Below are positions 20,595 through 33,580 of a DNA stretch of 64,000 bases, piece by piece. Below the pieces are notes generated by a model. The model made no database searches, had not been told where the DNA came from, and saw only the letters and a list, made by a program, of their open reading frames with translations. The first letter of the stretch is position 1, and each line of letters begins with the position of its first letter. Source of the DNA: Nitrospirota bacterium (GTDB taxonomy: Bacteria; Nitrospirota; UBA9217); NCBI GenBank assembly GCA_963818475.1, contig CAWFSF010000006.1, positions 1,856,001 through 1,920,000 of the forward strand. Direction: 5' to 3'. The position numbers and the translations under genes were made by a program.

Positions 20595-22007
20595 TCACCT
20601 CACCTTTCCCCTCGCGAGCGACGCGAAGATGCCGCCGAAGCAAAGGGCGGCGAACAGGGTAAATGCTGTTCTCAAACCGGCCAGGAATTGCGGATAATAT
20701 TCCGGAGTAATGCGCGCACTGCCGATATGGATCGCGAAAATGACCGTCGCAATGCCCATGCTCAGCATCTGGCCCGTAAGCCGCATGGTGCCGAGCGTTG
20801 CCGACCCCACGCCGTAGAAACGCCGGTCAATGGAACTCATGACCGCATTCGTGTTGGGGGACGAGAACAGGGCAAAGCCGAAGCCTATCAGCATGAGGAC
20901 GCCGACAATGAATCCGACAGGGGTCGCGGGCGAGAGGAACCTGAACAGGAACAGCCCTGCGGCGGAAAGCCCCATGCCAAGCGAAGCAACGATCCGTGGT
21001 TCAATTCTATCAGAAAGGCGGCCCGCAAGCGGCGAGAAAGCCGCCATAACAATGGGCTGCGCCACGAGGATGAAGCCGGCGTGCTGGGGGGTAAATCCTT
21101 TGATGTACTGCAGGTACAGGCTCAGCAGAAAGGTGACGGCAAAGGTAGCGCTGTAATTGATCAGCGCCGCGAGATTCGAGAACCCGAAGGTCGCGTTATG
21201 CAGGAACAGGTCCATATTGAGGAGCGGGCTGGCCGTGGACCGTTCCCAGAGGGCAAATCCTCCGATCCCGATGATCCCGGCGAGAACGAGTCCCCCACCG
21301 TGCAGCGCAGGCAGGAGTGACAGGCCGTACATGAGCGAAACAAGCGACAATCCATAGATGACGGACCCGGCAAGATCGAATCGTTCGCCGCGCGCATCGG
21401 CCCATTCCCCCTTGAGCCTCGTTGCAACGAAGTAGATCACCAGCACCCCCACCGGCACGTTCGCCAGAAAGATGCTCCGCCAGCCGAACTGCTGGGTAAG
21501 GAACCCGCCCAGAAAGGGGCCGAGCGAAAGGCCGGTATAGACCGCGGCGACATTGATCCCCAGTACCCGGCCCCGTTCCGATGCCGGGTACACCGATATC
21601 ACGATCGCCATCCCCGTGCCGAAGATCATGGCGCTGCCGAATCCCTGTACTGCCCGCAGCATGATGAGCGCGGCTGTCGACGGGGAAAAGGCCAGCAGCA
21701 AGGCGGCCAGGGTATAGATCCCGATGCCGAGGGTGAACATCTTCTTCCTGCCATGGATGTCTGCCAGCCTGCCGAAGGGCAGGAGAAACAGCGCTGTCGA
21801 CAGCAAGTAGGAGGTTGCGACCCAGCTCATGGCCACGGCGCTCATGCGGAAGTCCCGGGCGATCGCGGGAATGGCAATATTGATGGAGGAGACCATGAAG
21901 GGGGTCAGGAAGGAAGCAAGAACAGCGATCAGGAGTGCCGCTCGTTTGACAGAATCGCTCCCCATCGCAGGCGCTGCGGCTTGGCTTGAGGGCATGGTCT
22001 CCGGCAT
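20595..22007 (-). CDS. MFS transporter, DHA2/EmrB-like
   Basis: About 14 TM helices; GRLADIHGRK motif A. Confidence 0.9.
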   Translation of the reverse strand: MPETMPSSQAAAPAMGSDSVKRAALLIAVLASFLTPFMVSSINIAIPAIARDFRMSAVAMSWVATSYLLSTALFLLPFGRLADIHGRKKMFTLGIGIYTLAALLLAFSPSTAALIMLRAVQGFGSAMIFGTGMAIVISVYPASERGRVLGINVAAVYTGLSLGPFLGGFLTQQFGWRSIFLANVPVGVLVIYFVATRLKGEWADARGERFDLAGSVIYGLSLVSLMYGLSLLPALHGGGLVLAGIIGIGGFALWERSTASPLLNMDLFLHNATFGFSNLAALINYSATFAVTFLLSLYLQYIKGFTPQHAGFILVAQPIVMAAFSPLAGRLSDRIEPRIVASLGMGLSAAGLFLFRFLSPATPVGFIVGVLMLIGFGFALFSSPNTNAVMSSIDRRFYGVGSATLGTMRLTGQMLSMGIATVIFAIHIGSARITPEYYPQFLAGLRTAFTLFAALCFGGIFASLARGKVR

Positions 22008-22014
22008 AACAGGC

Positions 22015-22233
22015 TTACCTGAACTTCCCGATGAGGTAGAGGATAAGACTGATAATGACGCTGATGATGATGCCAGTGGCCAGCGGGAAATAAAAGGTGA
22101 AGTGCTCTTTCCTGATCACGATGTCGCCGGGAAGTTTGCCCGGAAACGGCGTCTTTTGAATGACCAGCATTACCAGACCTGCGATGATGAGAAGGACACC
22201 GAGAATGATGATGGTTTTTGCAAGATCACCCAT
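22015..22233 (-). CDS. DUF2905 small membrane protein
   Basis: G.LPGDI....F.FYFPL.T motif. Confidence 0.85.
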   Translation of the reverse strand: MGDLAKTIIILGVLLIIAGLVMLVIQKTPFPGKLPGDIVIRKEHFTFYFPLATGIIISVIISLILYLIGKFR

Positions 22234-22291
22234 GGTACAACGCTCCTTGATGCCGGATCAAGGCAAGGTGAATAAATATCGTCAAGCTTGC

Positions 22292-22460
22292 TGAACTCGC
22301 AATAAATCGTCATACCCGTCCCCGCTTCCGCGGGGATAAACTTGCCCCCGTGAAAACGGGGGGCGGGTATCAAGGGCACTAAGGAACAGTTAGAAAAACA
22401 CTGGATTCCCGTTTCCGCGGAAATGATGAAAGACGATTGCTACAGGCTTTTTACGGGACC
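22292..22460. repeat. Nested REP-like palindromic element downstream of accD
   Basis: GTCATACCCG...CGGGTATC enclosing two hairpins, plus inverse unit CTGGATTCCCGTTTCCGCGGAAATGA. Confidence 0.65.
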
Positions 22461-22466
22461 GCTGGC

Positions 22467-23309
22467 TTACTCCGCGAAAAAATCGAGCATTTTGCCGACC
22501 GTGGCGCGCATTTCCCGGCGTGAAACGATCATGTCGATCATCCCGTGCTCCTGGAGGAACTCCGCCCGCTGGAAACCGGGAGGAAGCTGCTGTTTGATCG
22601 TCTGCTCGATCACGCGCGGCCCGGCAAAACCGATAAGGCTCTTGGGCTCCGCGAGGATGATGTCGCCCAGCATGGCAAAGCTCGCGGTGACGCCGCCGAA
22701 GGTCGGGTCCGTCAGGATCGAGATGAACGGAAGGCCGGCCTGACCCAGGCGTGCAACGGCAGCCGACGTCTTTGCCATCTGCATGAGCGAGAGGATCCCC
22801 TCCTGCATGCGGGCCCCGCCCGATGAGGCTACCGAAACAAAGGGGGTCTTGTTCTCGATGGCCCGTTCCACGGTCCGCGCGATCTTCTCCCCCACGACCG
22901 ACCCCATGCTGCCGCCCATGAAATTGAAGTCCATGATCACCAGGGACACGGGCCTGCCGCCGATCTTCGCCTCGCCGGAAATGATCGCGTCCTTAAGCCC
23001 GGTCTTCTTGCGGCTTGCCTTGAGCTTGTCCTTGTAGTCCTTGAACCCGAGAAAATCCCTGGGTGACAGCCCGTCCTCGACCTCCAGGAAACTGCCCTCG
23101 TCCACGAGGTAGGGCAGCCGCTCCGAGGCAGAGATGCGGAAATGGTAGTCGCACTTGGGGCAGACCTTGAAGTTCTTGTCCACCTCCTTGCGGTAGATGA
23201 TCTCTTTGCAATTGTCGCATTTGACCCAGAGCCCCTCGGGGATCTTTACTTTTTTTGCCGGAGCTTCCGGTGCCGCGCTCTCGGATCGTTCTTTTTTAAA
23301 CCAAGCCAT
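22467..23309 (-). CDS. accD: Acetyl-CoA carboxylase carboxyltransferase beta
   Basis: LW.KC..C...CPKC zinc finger, GGSMGSVVGEK, SGGARMQE, GFAGPRVI. Confidence 0.96.
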   Translation of the reverse strand: MAWFKKERSESAAPEAPAKKVKIPEGLWVKCDNCKEIIYRKEVDKNFKVCPKCDYHFRISASERLPYLVDEGSFLEVEDGLSPRDFLGFKDYKDKLKASRKKTGLKDAIISGEAKIGGRPVSLVIMDFNFMGGSMGSVVGEKIARTVERAIENKTPFVSVASSGGARMQEGILSLMQMAKTSAAVARLGQAGLPFISILTDPTFGGVTASFAMLGDIILAEPKSLIGFAGPRVIEQTIKQQLPPGFQRAEFLQEHGMIDMIVSRREMRATVGKMLDFFAE

Positions 23310-23325
23310 ATAACTCCTTTACGAC

Positions 23326-23455
23326 AAGCACCAAATATCAAGCATCAAATCACAAATAAATCCGAATTTTCAAGAACCAAAATTCAAAACGTTTCGAACA
23401 TTCTAGTTTGGACATTGGAGCTTATTTGGTAATTGTAATTTGAACTTTGGAATTT
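23326..23455. repeat. 7-nt-periodic inverted-repeat element
   Basis: AAGCACC AAATATC AAGCATC AAATCAC... mirrored by ...TTTGGTAATTGTAATTTGAACTTTGGAATTT. Confidence 0.75.
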
Positions 23456-24223
23456 CAAAAGTTGTACGTTTTCCCTTCCTGCAACACCTTCACATTCTTC
23501 CTGCCAAGCGCCCGGAGTTCGCTGATCACTTTTTTCTTGTGCACCGGTTTGATATGGTAGATGTAGATCGGCACCGTGCTCTTGACTTTGGCCTTGGTGA
23601 GGTCGGCATGGAGCTGCGCCGGGGTGAAATGGCCGCTCAAGCCGGCGATCATGTCCATACTGTTCGGGAACGATGTGTCCACGATGATCGCCTTGAGATT
23701 TTTTGCTTTCGACGCCACCTTCCAGAGATCTTCGTTGGGACCGGTATCGGCGCTGTAAATGATCGTTGACCTGGCGTCGCTCACCATGAACCCCACGGCA
23801 GGCACCGGATGAGTTCATCGGGATGGCCAGAACCTTGAGCCCTGCCACGGCGATCGGCACACCGGCAGAAAAGGGTTTGTAAGCCAGCACCGGGTTCTTC
23901 GCCGTCGGGATCTTGGTGAAATCCGGCCAGATCAGGTCGTTCATCAGGTGCTTTTTGATGGCATCGATCACCTTGGGGATCGCCCGGATATTGACCGGCT
24001 GCTTGATGCGGCCGATGATGTTGTCCGCAAGGAACAGAAGCGACTTGATATGATCAAGATGGGTATGGCTGATAAAGATGTCGGTGATCCTGCTCTGCGC
24101 CTGGATGCTCAATGCCGCGGTTATGGTGCCGGCATCCAGCATGACGACGTCGTTCACCAGAAATCCCGGTGGATTGTGCCCTATCGCTTCTGAACCGGAG
24201 CAGCCCAGTATTTTTACCTTCAT
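23455..24223 (-). CDS. MBL-fold cyclic-nucleotide phosphodiesterase (class II-like); frameshift near 23810
   Basis: LG.SG, DAGT, SHTHLDH, N..IWPDF, DTG, HFTP, YHIKP. Confidence 0.82.
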
Positions 24224-24241
24224 TCACCCTCCTTGGAACGG

Positions 24242-24370
24242 CAAATTACAAATCTCAAAATGACAAATTCCAAATAACAACCAATGACCAAATTGCAATA
24301 ACCAAACAGTTTGGAGCTTAGCATTTGGTTATTGGAATCCATTTGATTATTGGTATTTGTGTTGGTGCTT
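24242..24370. repeat. 7-nt-periodic inverted-repeat element
   Basis: CAAATTA CAAATCT CAAAATGA CAAATTC CAAATAA... mirrored by ...TTGGTATTTG...TTGGTGCTT. Confidence 0.75.
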
Positions 24371-24371
24371 G

Positions 24372-26272
24372 TTATTCTTTCAACCCCACCAGGTCATACA
24401 CGACCACCGGGAACTGTTTCCCCTTGACGGTCACGGACCCCAGTTCGTTCGCAACCACGATATCCTTCACCTTTTCATAGGTATATTCCGATATGATGAT
24501 ATGATTATTATACTGTCTTGTCAAGCCTTCCAGCCGCGCGCCGAGGTTCACATTGTCGCCGATGACCGTGTAATCCATCTTCTTGCCTGCTGCGCCCATG
24601 TTCCCGACCACCATCTCTCCGGTGTTGATCCCGATGCCGATATCGATGACATACCTGCCCTCGGCCGCCCACTTTGCCTGCAGCTTCTTCAATTTTTCGA
24701 TCATGGCAAGGGCGCATCGGCATGCACGCTCGGCATGGTCGGGCTGGCCGATGGGAGCCCCCCAGAGGACCATGATGGCGTCTCCGACGAACTTATCGAG
24801 GGTCCCCTCGTGTTCGAAGACGATGTCGGTCATGGCGCCCAGATACTCGTTCAACAGCGAGACCACTTCCTCGGGCTGATGCTTTTCGGAAAAGGACGTG
24901 AAGCCGCGGATATCGGAAAAGAGCACCGTGATCTCCTTGCGGTCGCCTCCCAGCTTGGCCTTGCTCGGGTCTCTGATGAGTTCGTCCACAATGCGCTTCG
25001 AAACGTAGCTGGAGAACATCTTCCGGATGTCCCGTGCACGCCGCTCTTCGGTGAAGAAGCGGTAGGCGGTCTGGCTGGTGTAACCGAAGAACAGCGCCGA
25101 GGCGGGATAGACCAGGTTGAACCATATCCCTTTTCCCACGAAGAGATAGTACACAACGCCGGCATAGGACGCAAAGAGCAGCGAGGAACAGGGCGGCGCC
25201 GGCCTTGGCCCCGAGCCGCGGGATCGCGATGCCGAGGATGATGGCGAACAGAAAGACCAGCGGAACGTCCATGATCGCCGTGCGGTAGATAAAATCCTCA
25301 TGCAGGATATTGTCCACGACGCTTGCATGCTTTTCGATTCCCGCCATGTTGGGAGAAAAGGGCGTGACGCGGAGGTCGTAAATGCCGATGGCCGTTGCGC
25401 CGATCAGCACGACCTTGTCCTTGAGCTTCTCTGCCGGCACCAGGCCGTCAAGGATGTCCGCAACGGAATACTGGGGGAACGTGTTGTTCGGACCCCGGTA
25501 GTTGATGAGCATGCGGCCGAACTCATCGATCGGGATACGGGTGCGGTCCGAGCTGGACCGCGCCGCTGAAGTCGAGTGCCGCCTGTTCGGGGCCCAGCTC
25601 CCGGTACAACCGCGCGGCCTGCAGCCCGATGGGCGGATAGTAGTCCCCCTGGTACTCGATGGCCAGCGACTCCCACCGGAGCGTGCCGTCTCGATCAGGG
25701 ACCATGTTGATGTGCGCAAGATTTTTCGCGAACGCAGAGAACCGCAGCAGCGGCGGCAGGACCATCCTGGCATGGAACGGGCTGAGTGGTTCTCCCGTGT
25801 TCCTGAGCACGGCGAAGGCGGACGGCGTCATGAAGTCAAGCTTTTTGTCGGTGAAGCCCGATTCCTTGTAGCCCGTTTCGGAAAAATCGAATACCACGGG
25901 CAGGACCACGCGGCCGCTCTGCATGATCGCCTGCTGGAACAGATCATCGGAGGCGACATTTTCCGACTCCGCAAAGAACACGTCGAACACGATGACCCGG
26001 GCGCCGAGTTCGGTCAGGCGGTCGACGACACGGGCCCAGACCGAGCGGGACCAGGGGAACCGGCCGAGCTTATTAATGCTCTTTTCATCGATAGCGGCGA
26101 TGACCGTCTCCGGGCCCGGTGTGATGGCGCCCCGGACATTGAACCGGAAATCGAGCGTCTTCTCCTCAAGCATATCCATGAATCCTACGTTCATGACGTG
26201 CATGATCGAAAGTACGAGCGCCACGATGAGCGCTATGGTGAGCCCCGCCTTTTTCCCTGCCGACTGCTTCAT
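24372..26272 (-). CDS. CHASE2-domain class III adenylate cyclase; frameshifts near 25545 and 25185
   Basis: CHASE2 (AIDEKS..GRFPW.R, FDVFF, D.DG..R); cyclase FSDIRGFT, DKFVGDA, DYTVIGDNVNLGARLE (Lys/Asp ATP-type specificity). Confidence 0.9.
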
Positions 26273-26314
26273 GTTCTCCCCCTGAGCGCGCTCCTCCCGC
26301 CCGGTGTCGAGACG

Positions 26315-26950
26315 CTAGGCCATTTCCCCGAAGATCTCCCGCATTTCGAGGTACCGGACCAGTTTGTCAACCTGCTCCTGGTTCATGATATGGACCTTGT
26401 CCTCGCTGAGGTGCACGATCCGGACGCTGGCCAGTTTCTCCAGGATCGTCCTCGCCTGGGCGGCCTCGATGCCGGCCACGCCGGCAAGGTCATCGACGGT
26501 CATGGTAAACTCCCCGCTCTTCTTGTTGTCGCGCACATGCTTCGCCAGGATGCTCACAAGCCTGCTCGTATTGTCCTTGATCATCAGGGATTCCATCTGG
26601 TCGTTGGTCTCGCGCAGCCGGTCGGCAAGCCGTTTGATGAAGCGGACCGCGATCTCGGCGTTGCCCCGGATCAACGCATCGAAGGTCTTGCGGTCGATCA
26701 TGAGCATCTCGCACTCTTCGATGGTCTCGGCCGAAGCAGAGCGGGGCTTGTCGTTCAGGATGGCCATCTCGCCGAAGAACTCGCCCTTTTCGAGCGTCGC
26801 CAGGGTCTTTTCCACGCCGCGGATCCGCTTGCTGATCTTCACCCTGCCGGACTGCAGGATGTACATTTCCTCGCCCCGGTCGCCTTCGTTGAAGAGCACC
26901 GTGCCGGGCGGGATTTTTTTGCCGAATCTGGGAACCTGGACATCGCTCAT
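26315..26950 (-). CDS. CRP/FNR family cNMP-binding protein
   Basis: LF.EGD, FFGEMA...PRSASA phosphate-binding cassette, C-terminal winged-HTH-like segment. Confidence 0.88.
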   Translation of the reverse strand: MSDVQVPRFGKKIPPGTVLFNEGDRGEEMYILQSGRVKISKRIRGVEKTLATLEKGEFFGEMAILNDKPRSASAETIEECEMLMIDRKTFDALIRGNAEIAVRFIKRLADRLRETNDQMESLMIKDNTSRLVSILAKHVRDNKKSGEFTMTVDDLAGVAGIEAAQARTILEKLASVRIVHLSEDKVHIMNQEQVDKLVRYLEMREIFGEMA

Positions 26951-27050
26951 ACGAACCCCCTTGGTAATTGGTCAATGGTCCCATTGACTGAATAGAACCA
27001 GTGTGTCAGCCGCTCGTTGCCGTAGCGCGGCGTCCTGCCGGCAGGTTTCG

Positions 27051-28791
<1,741 letters not shown>

Positions 28792-28802
<11 letters not shown>

Positions 28803-29605
28803 GTCCCGCCAGAACCCCTTGTTTGAGCGCCTTGACGAAGGCTGCGGACTTTTCAATAAGGTCTGCAGAGCTGCCGTTCTCTTCGATCACCTTCACCAGA
28901 GCACTGCCGACGATGACGCCGTCGGCGCCCCACTGCGCAACCTGCGCTGCCTGGTCCGGCGTTGAAATGCCGAATCCTACGGCAACAGGCTTGTCCGTCA
29001 TGGTCTTGATCCTTTGGAGCGACTCCTGGATCGACTGCTGCAAGCCGGTCCGCGCTCCCGTTACGCCGGTGAGAGAAACATAGTAAACGAATCCCTGTGA
29101 TAATTTGGTGACCAGTTTGATACGCTCGTCCGTGCTCGTCGGAGCGAGCAGGAAGATCATGTCCAATCCAGCCTTCTTCGAAAGCGCGACCAGGGTCCCC
29201 GCTTCCTCAGGAGGAAGATCGGGAAGGATGATGCCGTCCAGGCCTGCGGCCACTGCAGTCGTGGACAAAGCGCTCCTCGCCGTAATGAAAAATGAGGTTG
29301 TAGTAGGTCATGAGAATGAGCGGTATCCTGCTCTCGGTGCGTACATCCGCCACCAGGCCCAGGACATCGGCTATGCTCGTGTTGTTCCTGAGCGACCTGA
29401 TGGCCGCCTTCTGGATCGTCGGACCGTCTGCCAGAGGATCGGAAAAAGGAGCGCCGAGTTCAATGATGTCCGCGCCAGTCTTCTCCAGCGCAAGGACGAG
29501 TTTCTTCGTTGCGGACATATCCGGGTCCCCTGCCATAAGGTAGGGGATGAGCGCTGTCTCGTTCTTTTTCTTAAGCCGGTTAAAAGTATTCTTGATCCTA
29601 GACAT
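28792..29605 (-). CDS. trpA: Tryptophan synthase alpha; frameshift near 29270
   Basis: ELG.PFSDPLADGPTIQ, PDLP, GVTG, VGFGI, VGSA. Confidence 0.95.
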
Positions 29606-29631
29606 AAGGTTTTTCCAGATCCTCTTAGTTT

Positions 29632-29666
29632 ATTCCGCAATCCGAAATCCGCAATCCGAAATGCGA
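29632..29666. repeat. Heptamer tandem array A(A/T)TCCG(C/A) x5 just after the trpB stop
   Basis: ATTCCGC AATCCGA AATCCGC AATCCGA AATGCGA. Confidence 0.8.
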
Positions 29667-29668
29667 TG

Positions 29669-30860
29669 CTACAGTTCCACGCCCTTGATCTTCGCCACCT
29701 GCATCACGTCCTTGTCGCCGCGGCCGGAGAGGTTGCAGATGATGATCTTGTCCTTGCCGAGCGTGGGCGCCAGTTTAAGGCAATAGGCAACGGCATGGGC
29801 GCTTTCGAGGGCAGGGATGATGCCTTCCAGGCGCGACAGGAGGTCGAAGGCCTCCATGGCTTCTTCATCGATGGCATAGGTATATTCGATGCGTCCTGAA
29901 TCACGGTAGAACGCGTGCTCCGGCCCGACAGCGGCGTAATCAAGCCCCGCGGAAACAGAGTGCGTCAGTTCGATCTGGCCGTGTTCGTCCTGCAGCACGA
30001 AGGTCTTGGTGCCCTGCAGTACGCCGAGGGAACCGCCGGCGAACCGCGCCGCATGTTTGCCGCGCTCGATGCCGAGGCCGCCGGCCTCGACGCCGTACAT
30101 CTTTACCGTCAGCATCTTCAAGGAACTCGTAGAACAGGCCGATGGCGTTCGAACCGCCGCCCACGCAGGCGACCAGGGCGTCCGGCAGCCGGTTCTCAAG
30201 CTTCATGATCTGTTTCTTTGCCTCGCGCCCGATCACGGACTGGAAGTCCCGCACCATCATGGGGAAGGGGTGGGGACCGAAGGCCGTGCCGAGCACGTAA
30301 TGCGTGTTCGCAACGTTCGTGATCCAGTCGCGCATGGCCTCGTTGATGGCGTCCTTCAGCGTCTTGCTGCCGAGATCGACAGGCCGCACGATCGTTCCGA
30401 GCAGCTTCATGCGGAACACGTTCAGCGACTGGCGCGCCACGTCGTCGGTGCCCATGTACACTTCGCAATCGAGGCCGAACATGGCGGCTGCCGTGGCCGT
30501 GGCAACGCCGTGCTGTCCCGCGCCGGTCTCGGCGATCACGCGGGTCTTGCCCATGCGCTTGGCAAGCAGCACCTGGGCCAGGGAGTTGTTGATCTTGTGC
30601 GCGCCGGTGTGGCAGAGGTCTTCGCGCTTGAGATAGATCTTCGCGCCGCCAAGATGGTCGCTCAGCCGTTTGGCATAATAGAGGGGCGTGGCCCGGCCGA
30701 TGAATTCCCGGGAGTAATAATCGAGCTCGGCCTGGAACTCCTTGTCCTTCTTCGCCGCAAGGTAGGCGGCCTCCAGTTCGGCCAGCGCCGGCATCAGCGT
30801 CTCGGGAGCGAACTTCCCGCCGTAGATGCCGAAATGTCCCTTTTTATCCGGAATGCTCAT
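29669..30860 (-). CDS. trpB: Tryptophan synthase beta; frameshift near 30110
   Basis: [12 protein letters not shown] lysine, [27 protein letters not shown]. Confidence 0.96.
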
Positions 30861-31477
30861 GGCCGCGATGCCCTCCGGACCTCGGTTATGAATTTCTTGA
30901 GCTTGGCGTGGTCCTTGAGTCCCTTTTCCCGCTCAACGCCGCCGGCAACATCGACCCCATAGGGCTGGACGAGCTTCACCGCCTCGGCCACGTTCTCCGG
31001 CGTAAGCCCCCCTGCCAGGACCACCCTGCCCAGGGTCTTTGCCACGACCGCCAGGTGCCAGTCGAAGGTCGTGCCGGTGCCTCCCCGCACGCCCTCACGG
31101 TAACTGTCGAGCAGAAGTGCGCCCACATGGTAGTGCGCCATGTGCTTGAGGCTGTCCTTGTCCTTGACCTGGAACGCCTTGATCACGCGGGTCGCAAAGC
31201 GGTCGCAGAACTCCGGCCGCTCATCGCCATGGAACTGCAGGACCTTGATGCCGGTCGTGAACTGGATGTCCCTGATCTTTTCCTCGCGCTCGTTCACGAA
31301 GACGGCGACCGGCGTGATAAAAGGAGGCAGCTGGTGAATGATCTCGGCCGCCTTCTCGGGATCCACGTAGCGGGGGCTTTTCTTGTAAAAAATGAACCCC
31401 AGCGCATCCGCGCCGTCCTCGGCAGCCGCCATTGCATCATCCAGATTCGTTATTCCGCAGATCTTGATCTTGATCAT
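30857..31477 (-). CDS. trpF: Phosphoribosylanthranilate isomerase
   Basis: KICGIT, QFHGDE, GGTG..FDW, LAGGL, GVDV. Confidence 0.95.
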   Translation of the reverse strand: MIKIKICGITNLDDAMAAAEDGADALGFIFYKKSPRYVDPEKAAEIIHQLPPFITPVAVFVNEREEKIRDIQFTTGIKVLQFHGDERPEFCDRFATRVIKAFQVKDKDSLKHMAHYHVGALLLDSYREGVRGGTGTTFDWHLAVVAKTLGRVVLAGGLTPENVAEAVKLVQPYGVDVAGGVEREKGLKDHAKLKKFITEVRRASRP

Positions 31478-32374
31478 AATTTTACCTCAAGCACGAAATC
31501 CGAAATCGTAAACTCTAAATAATCACAAAACTCACATAACCAATGTTTTGAATTTCGACATTCAATAGTGTTCAGGATTTCGCTATTAGAATTTAGCGCT
31601 TTCCCTAATAGTTCCTTCACTTTTTTTCCGATATCCTTTTCCCGCATCAGGCTCTCGCCGACCAGGATGGCGTCCACGCCCGCCTTCTGAAGCATCACCA
31701 CATCGTCCCGCGTCCTGATCCCGCTTTCGCTCACCACCACGCGGTCATCGGGAATGTCTTTCAGCAGGTCCAGGGTCGTCTGCAGGGTCACCTCGAAGGT
31801 CATGAGGTTCCGGTTGTTGATGCCCACGAGCATGGCCCCGGCCAGCAAAGACTTGTCCAATTCTTTGTAGGTATGCGACTCCACGAGCACGTCGAGTCCC
31901 AGTCCCGCTGCGATGCCGAGGTAGTCCTGCATCTGGCCCCGCTCCAGGCAGGCCGCGATCAGCAGGATGGCATCGGCCCCGAACGCGCGCGCTTCATGGA
32001 TCTGGTACTCGTCAATGATGAAGTCCTTCCTGAGCAGCGGAAGGTCCACGCTGTTTCCTGATCCGGCCGAGGTAAGCCAGGTCTCCCTGGAAGAACTGTT
32101 TCTCCGTGAGGACCGAAAGGCAGGCAGCGCCGGACTCCTGATACACGTCTGCGATCTTCACCGGGTCGAAATCCTCGCGGATCACACCCTTGGACGGCGA
32201 GGCCTTTTTCACCTCGGCAATGAGCCGGATCTCCGTCCCCTGTGCAAGCGCCTTGCCGAATCCCCGCGTGGGAGCGGAATCGGCTATCCGTTGTTTTATC
32301 TCGCTGAGCGGCGTTTTGCGCTTCGTCTCTGCAAGCTCTTCTTTTTTATACGCGATGATATCGTCCAGGATCAT
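31474..32374 (-). CDS. trpC: Indole-3-glycerol phosphate synthase; frameshift near 32050; C-terminus reads through a repeat element
   Basis: IAEVKKASPSKG, SVLT, LRKDFI, GINNRNL, SESGI, LVGE. Confidence 0.95.
31489..31601. repeat. 7-nt-periodic inverted-repeat element at the trpC/trpF junction
   Basis: AAGCACG AAATCCG AAATCGT AAACTCT AAAT... mirrored by ...GGATTTCGCTATTAGAATTTAGCGCTT. Confidence 0.78.
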
Positions 32375-32400
32375 ATTGCCCCGCTGTCCCCTGGATGTTC

Positions 32401-32441
32401 AATCCGCATTCCGCAATCCGCATTCCGCAATCAACAATCCC
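32401..32441. repeat. Heptamer tandem array just after the trpD stop
   Basis: AATCCGC ATTCCGC AATCCGC ATTCCGC AATCAAC AATCCC. Confidence 0.8.
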
Positions 32442-33457
32442 CTATGGCTTATTCGTGAACGACTTGAGCTGCTCCAGCTTGTTCATGGCAGCGCCGGAAT
32501 CGATGGAGGCTGACGGCAAGGGTGATGCCTTCTTTGAGGTCCGTCGCCCGTCCGGCTGCGGCGAGCGCTGCAGCCGCGTTCAGCAGAACAATATCGCGGC
32601 GCGGACCTTTTTGTCCTTTCAGCACATCCATGGTGATGGCTGCATTCTCTTTTGCATCGCCGCCCTTCAGGTCTTCCGCCTTACCGGTCGCAAGACCGAA
32701 GTCGGAGGGATGGATGAAATAGTCCTCGACCTTTCCGTCTCTGAACTCCGACACTTTGGTGCGGTCGGTGATCGTGATCTCATCAAGACCGTCCATGCCG
32801 TGCACCACGAAGGCATGGGTCGTGCCGAGATTGCCGAGGGCGCGGGCCAGCAGCGTCGTCAGGTCAGCAGCATAAACGCCCATGACCTGCGCGGTCACTT
32901 TGGCGGGATTGGTGAGCGGGCCCAGCACGTTAAAGATGGTGCGGATGCCGATCTCGCGCCGCGGCCCGATGGCGTACTTCATGGCCAGGTGCATCATGGG
33001 CGCAAAGAGAAAGCCGATGCCGATGTCCTTAATGCATTCCTCGGCACGATGCGAGGGTATTTCGATGTTCACGCCCAGCGCCTGCAGCACGTCGGCGCTG
33101 CCGCTCTTGCTCGAGACCGACCGGTTGCCGTGCTTCGCCACGGTCACGCCCGCGGCGGCGACCACAAAGGCCGCTGTCGTGGAGATATTGAACGTATGCG
33201 CCATGTCGCCGCCGGTGCCGCAGGTGTCGACCTGATAGCGGGCGTCCAGTTTGATCGGGACCGCCTTCTCGCGCATGACCCGGGCGGAACCCGTGATCTC
33301 CTCAACGGTCTCGCCCTTCATCCGCAGCGCGGTGATATACGCGGCGATCTGGGCGTCCGTTGCCTCGCCCTGCATGATCTCGCGCATCACCGTCTCGGCC
33401 TCGGCCTCGGTCAGATTGGTTCTTGCTAATTACTTTTGCGATGGCTTCTTTTATCAT
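32442..33457 (-). CDS. trpD: Anthranilate phosphoribosyltransferase; frameshifts near both ends
   Basis: [37 protein letters not shown]. Confidence 0.95.
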
Positions 33458-33481
33458 AGACCTCTTCGACCGCAGATTTTC

Positions 33482-33548
33482 GCCACGAAGCGCACTAAGA
33501 CACGAAATTGATCTTAAGCCGGTTCTCTTCGTGATCTGCGTGTGTGGC
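33482..33548. repeat. Degenerate 8/9-nt-periodic inverted repeat between trpG and trpD
   Basis: GCCACGAAGCGCACTAAGACACGAA ... TTCGTGATCTGCGTGTGTGGC. Confidence 0.55.
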
Positions 33549-33580
33549 ATAGCCGTCACCGGTTCATCTGCGGTCTACGA

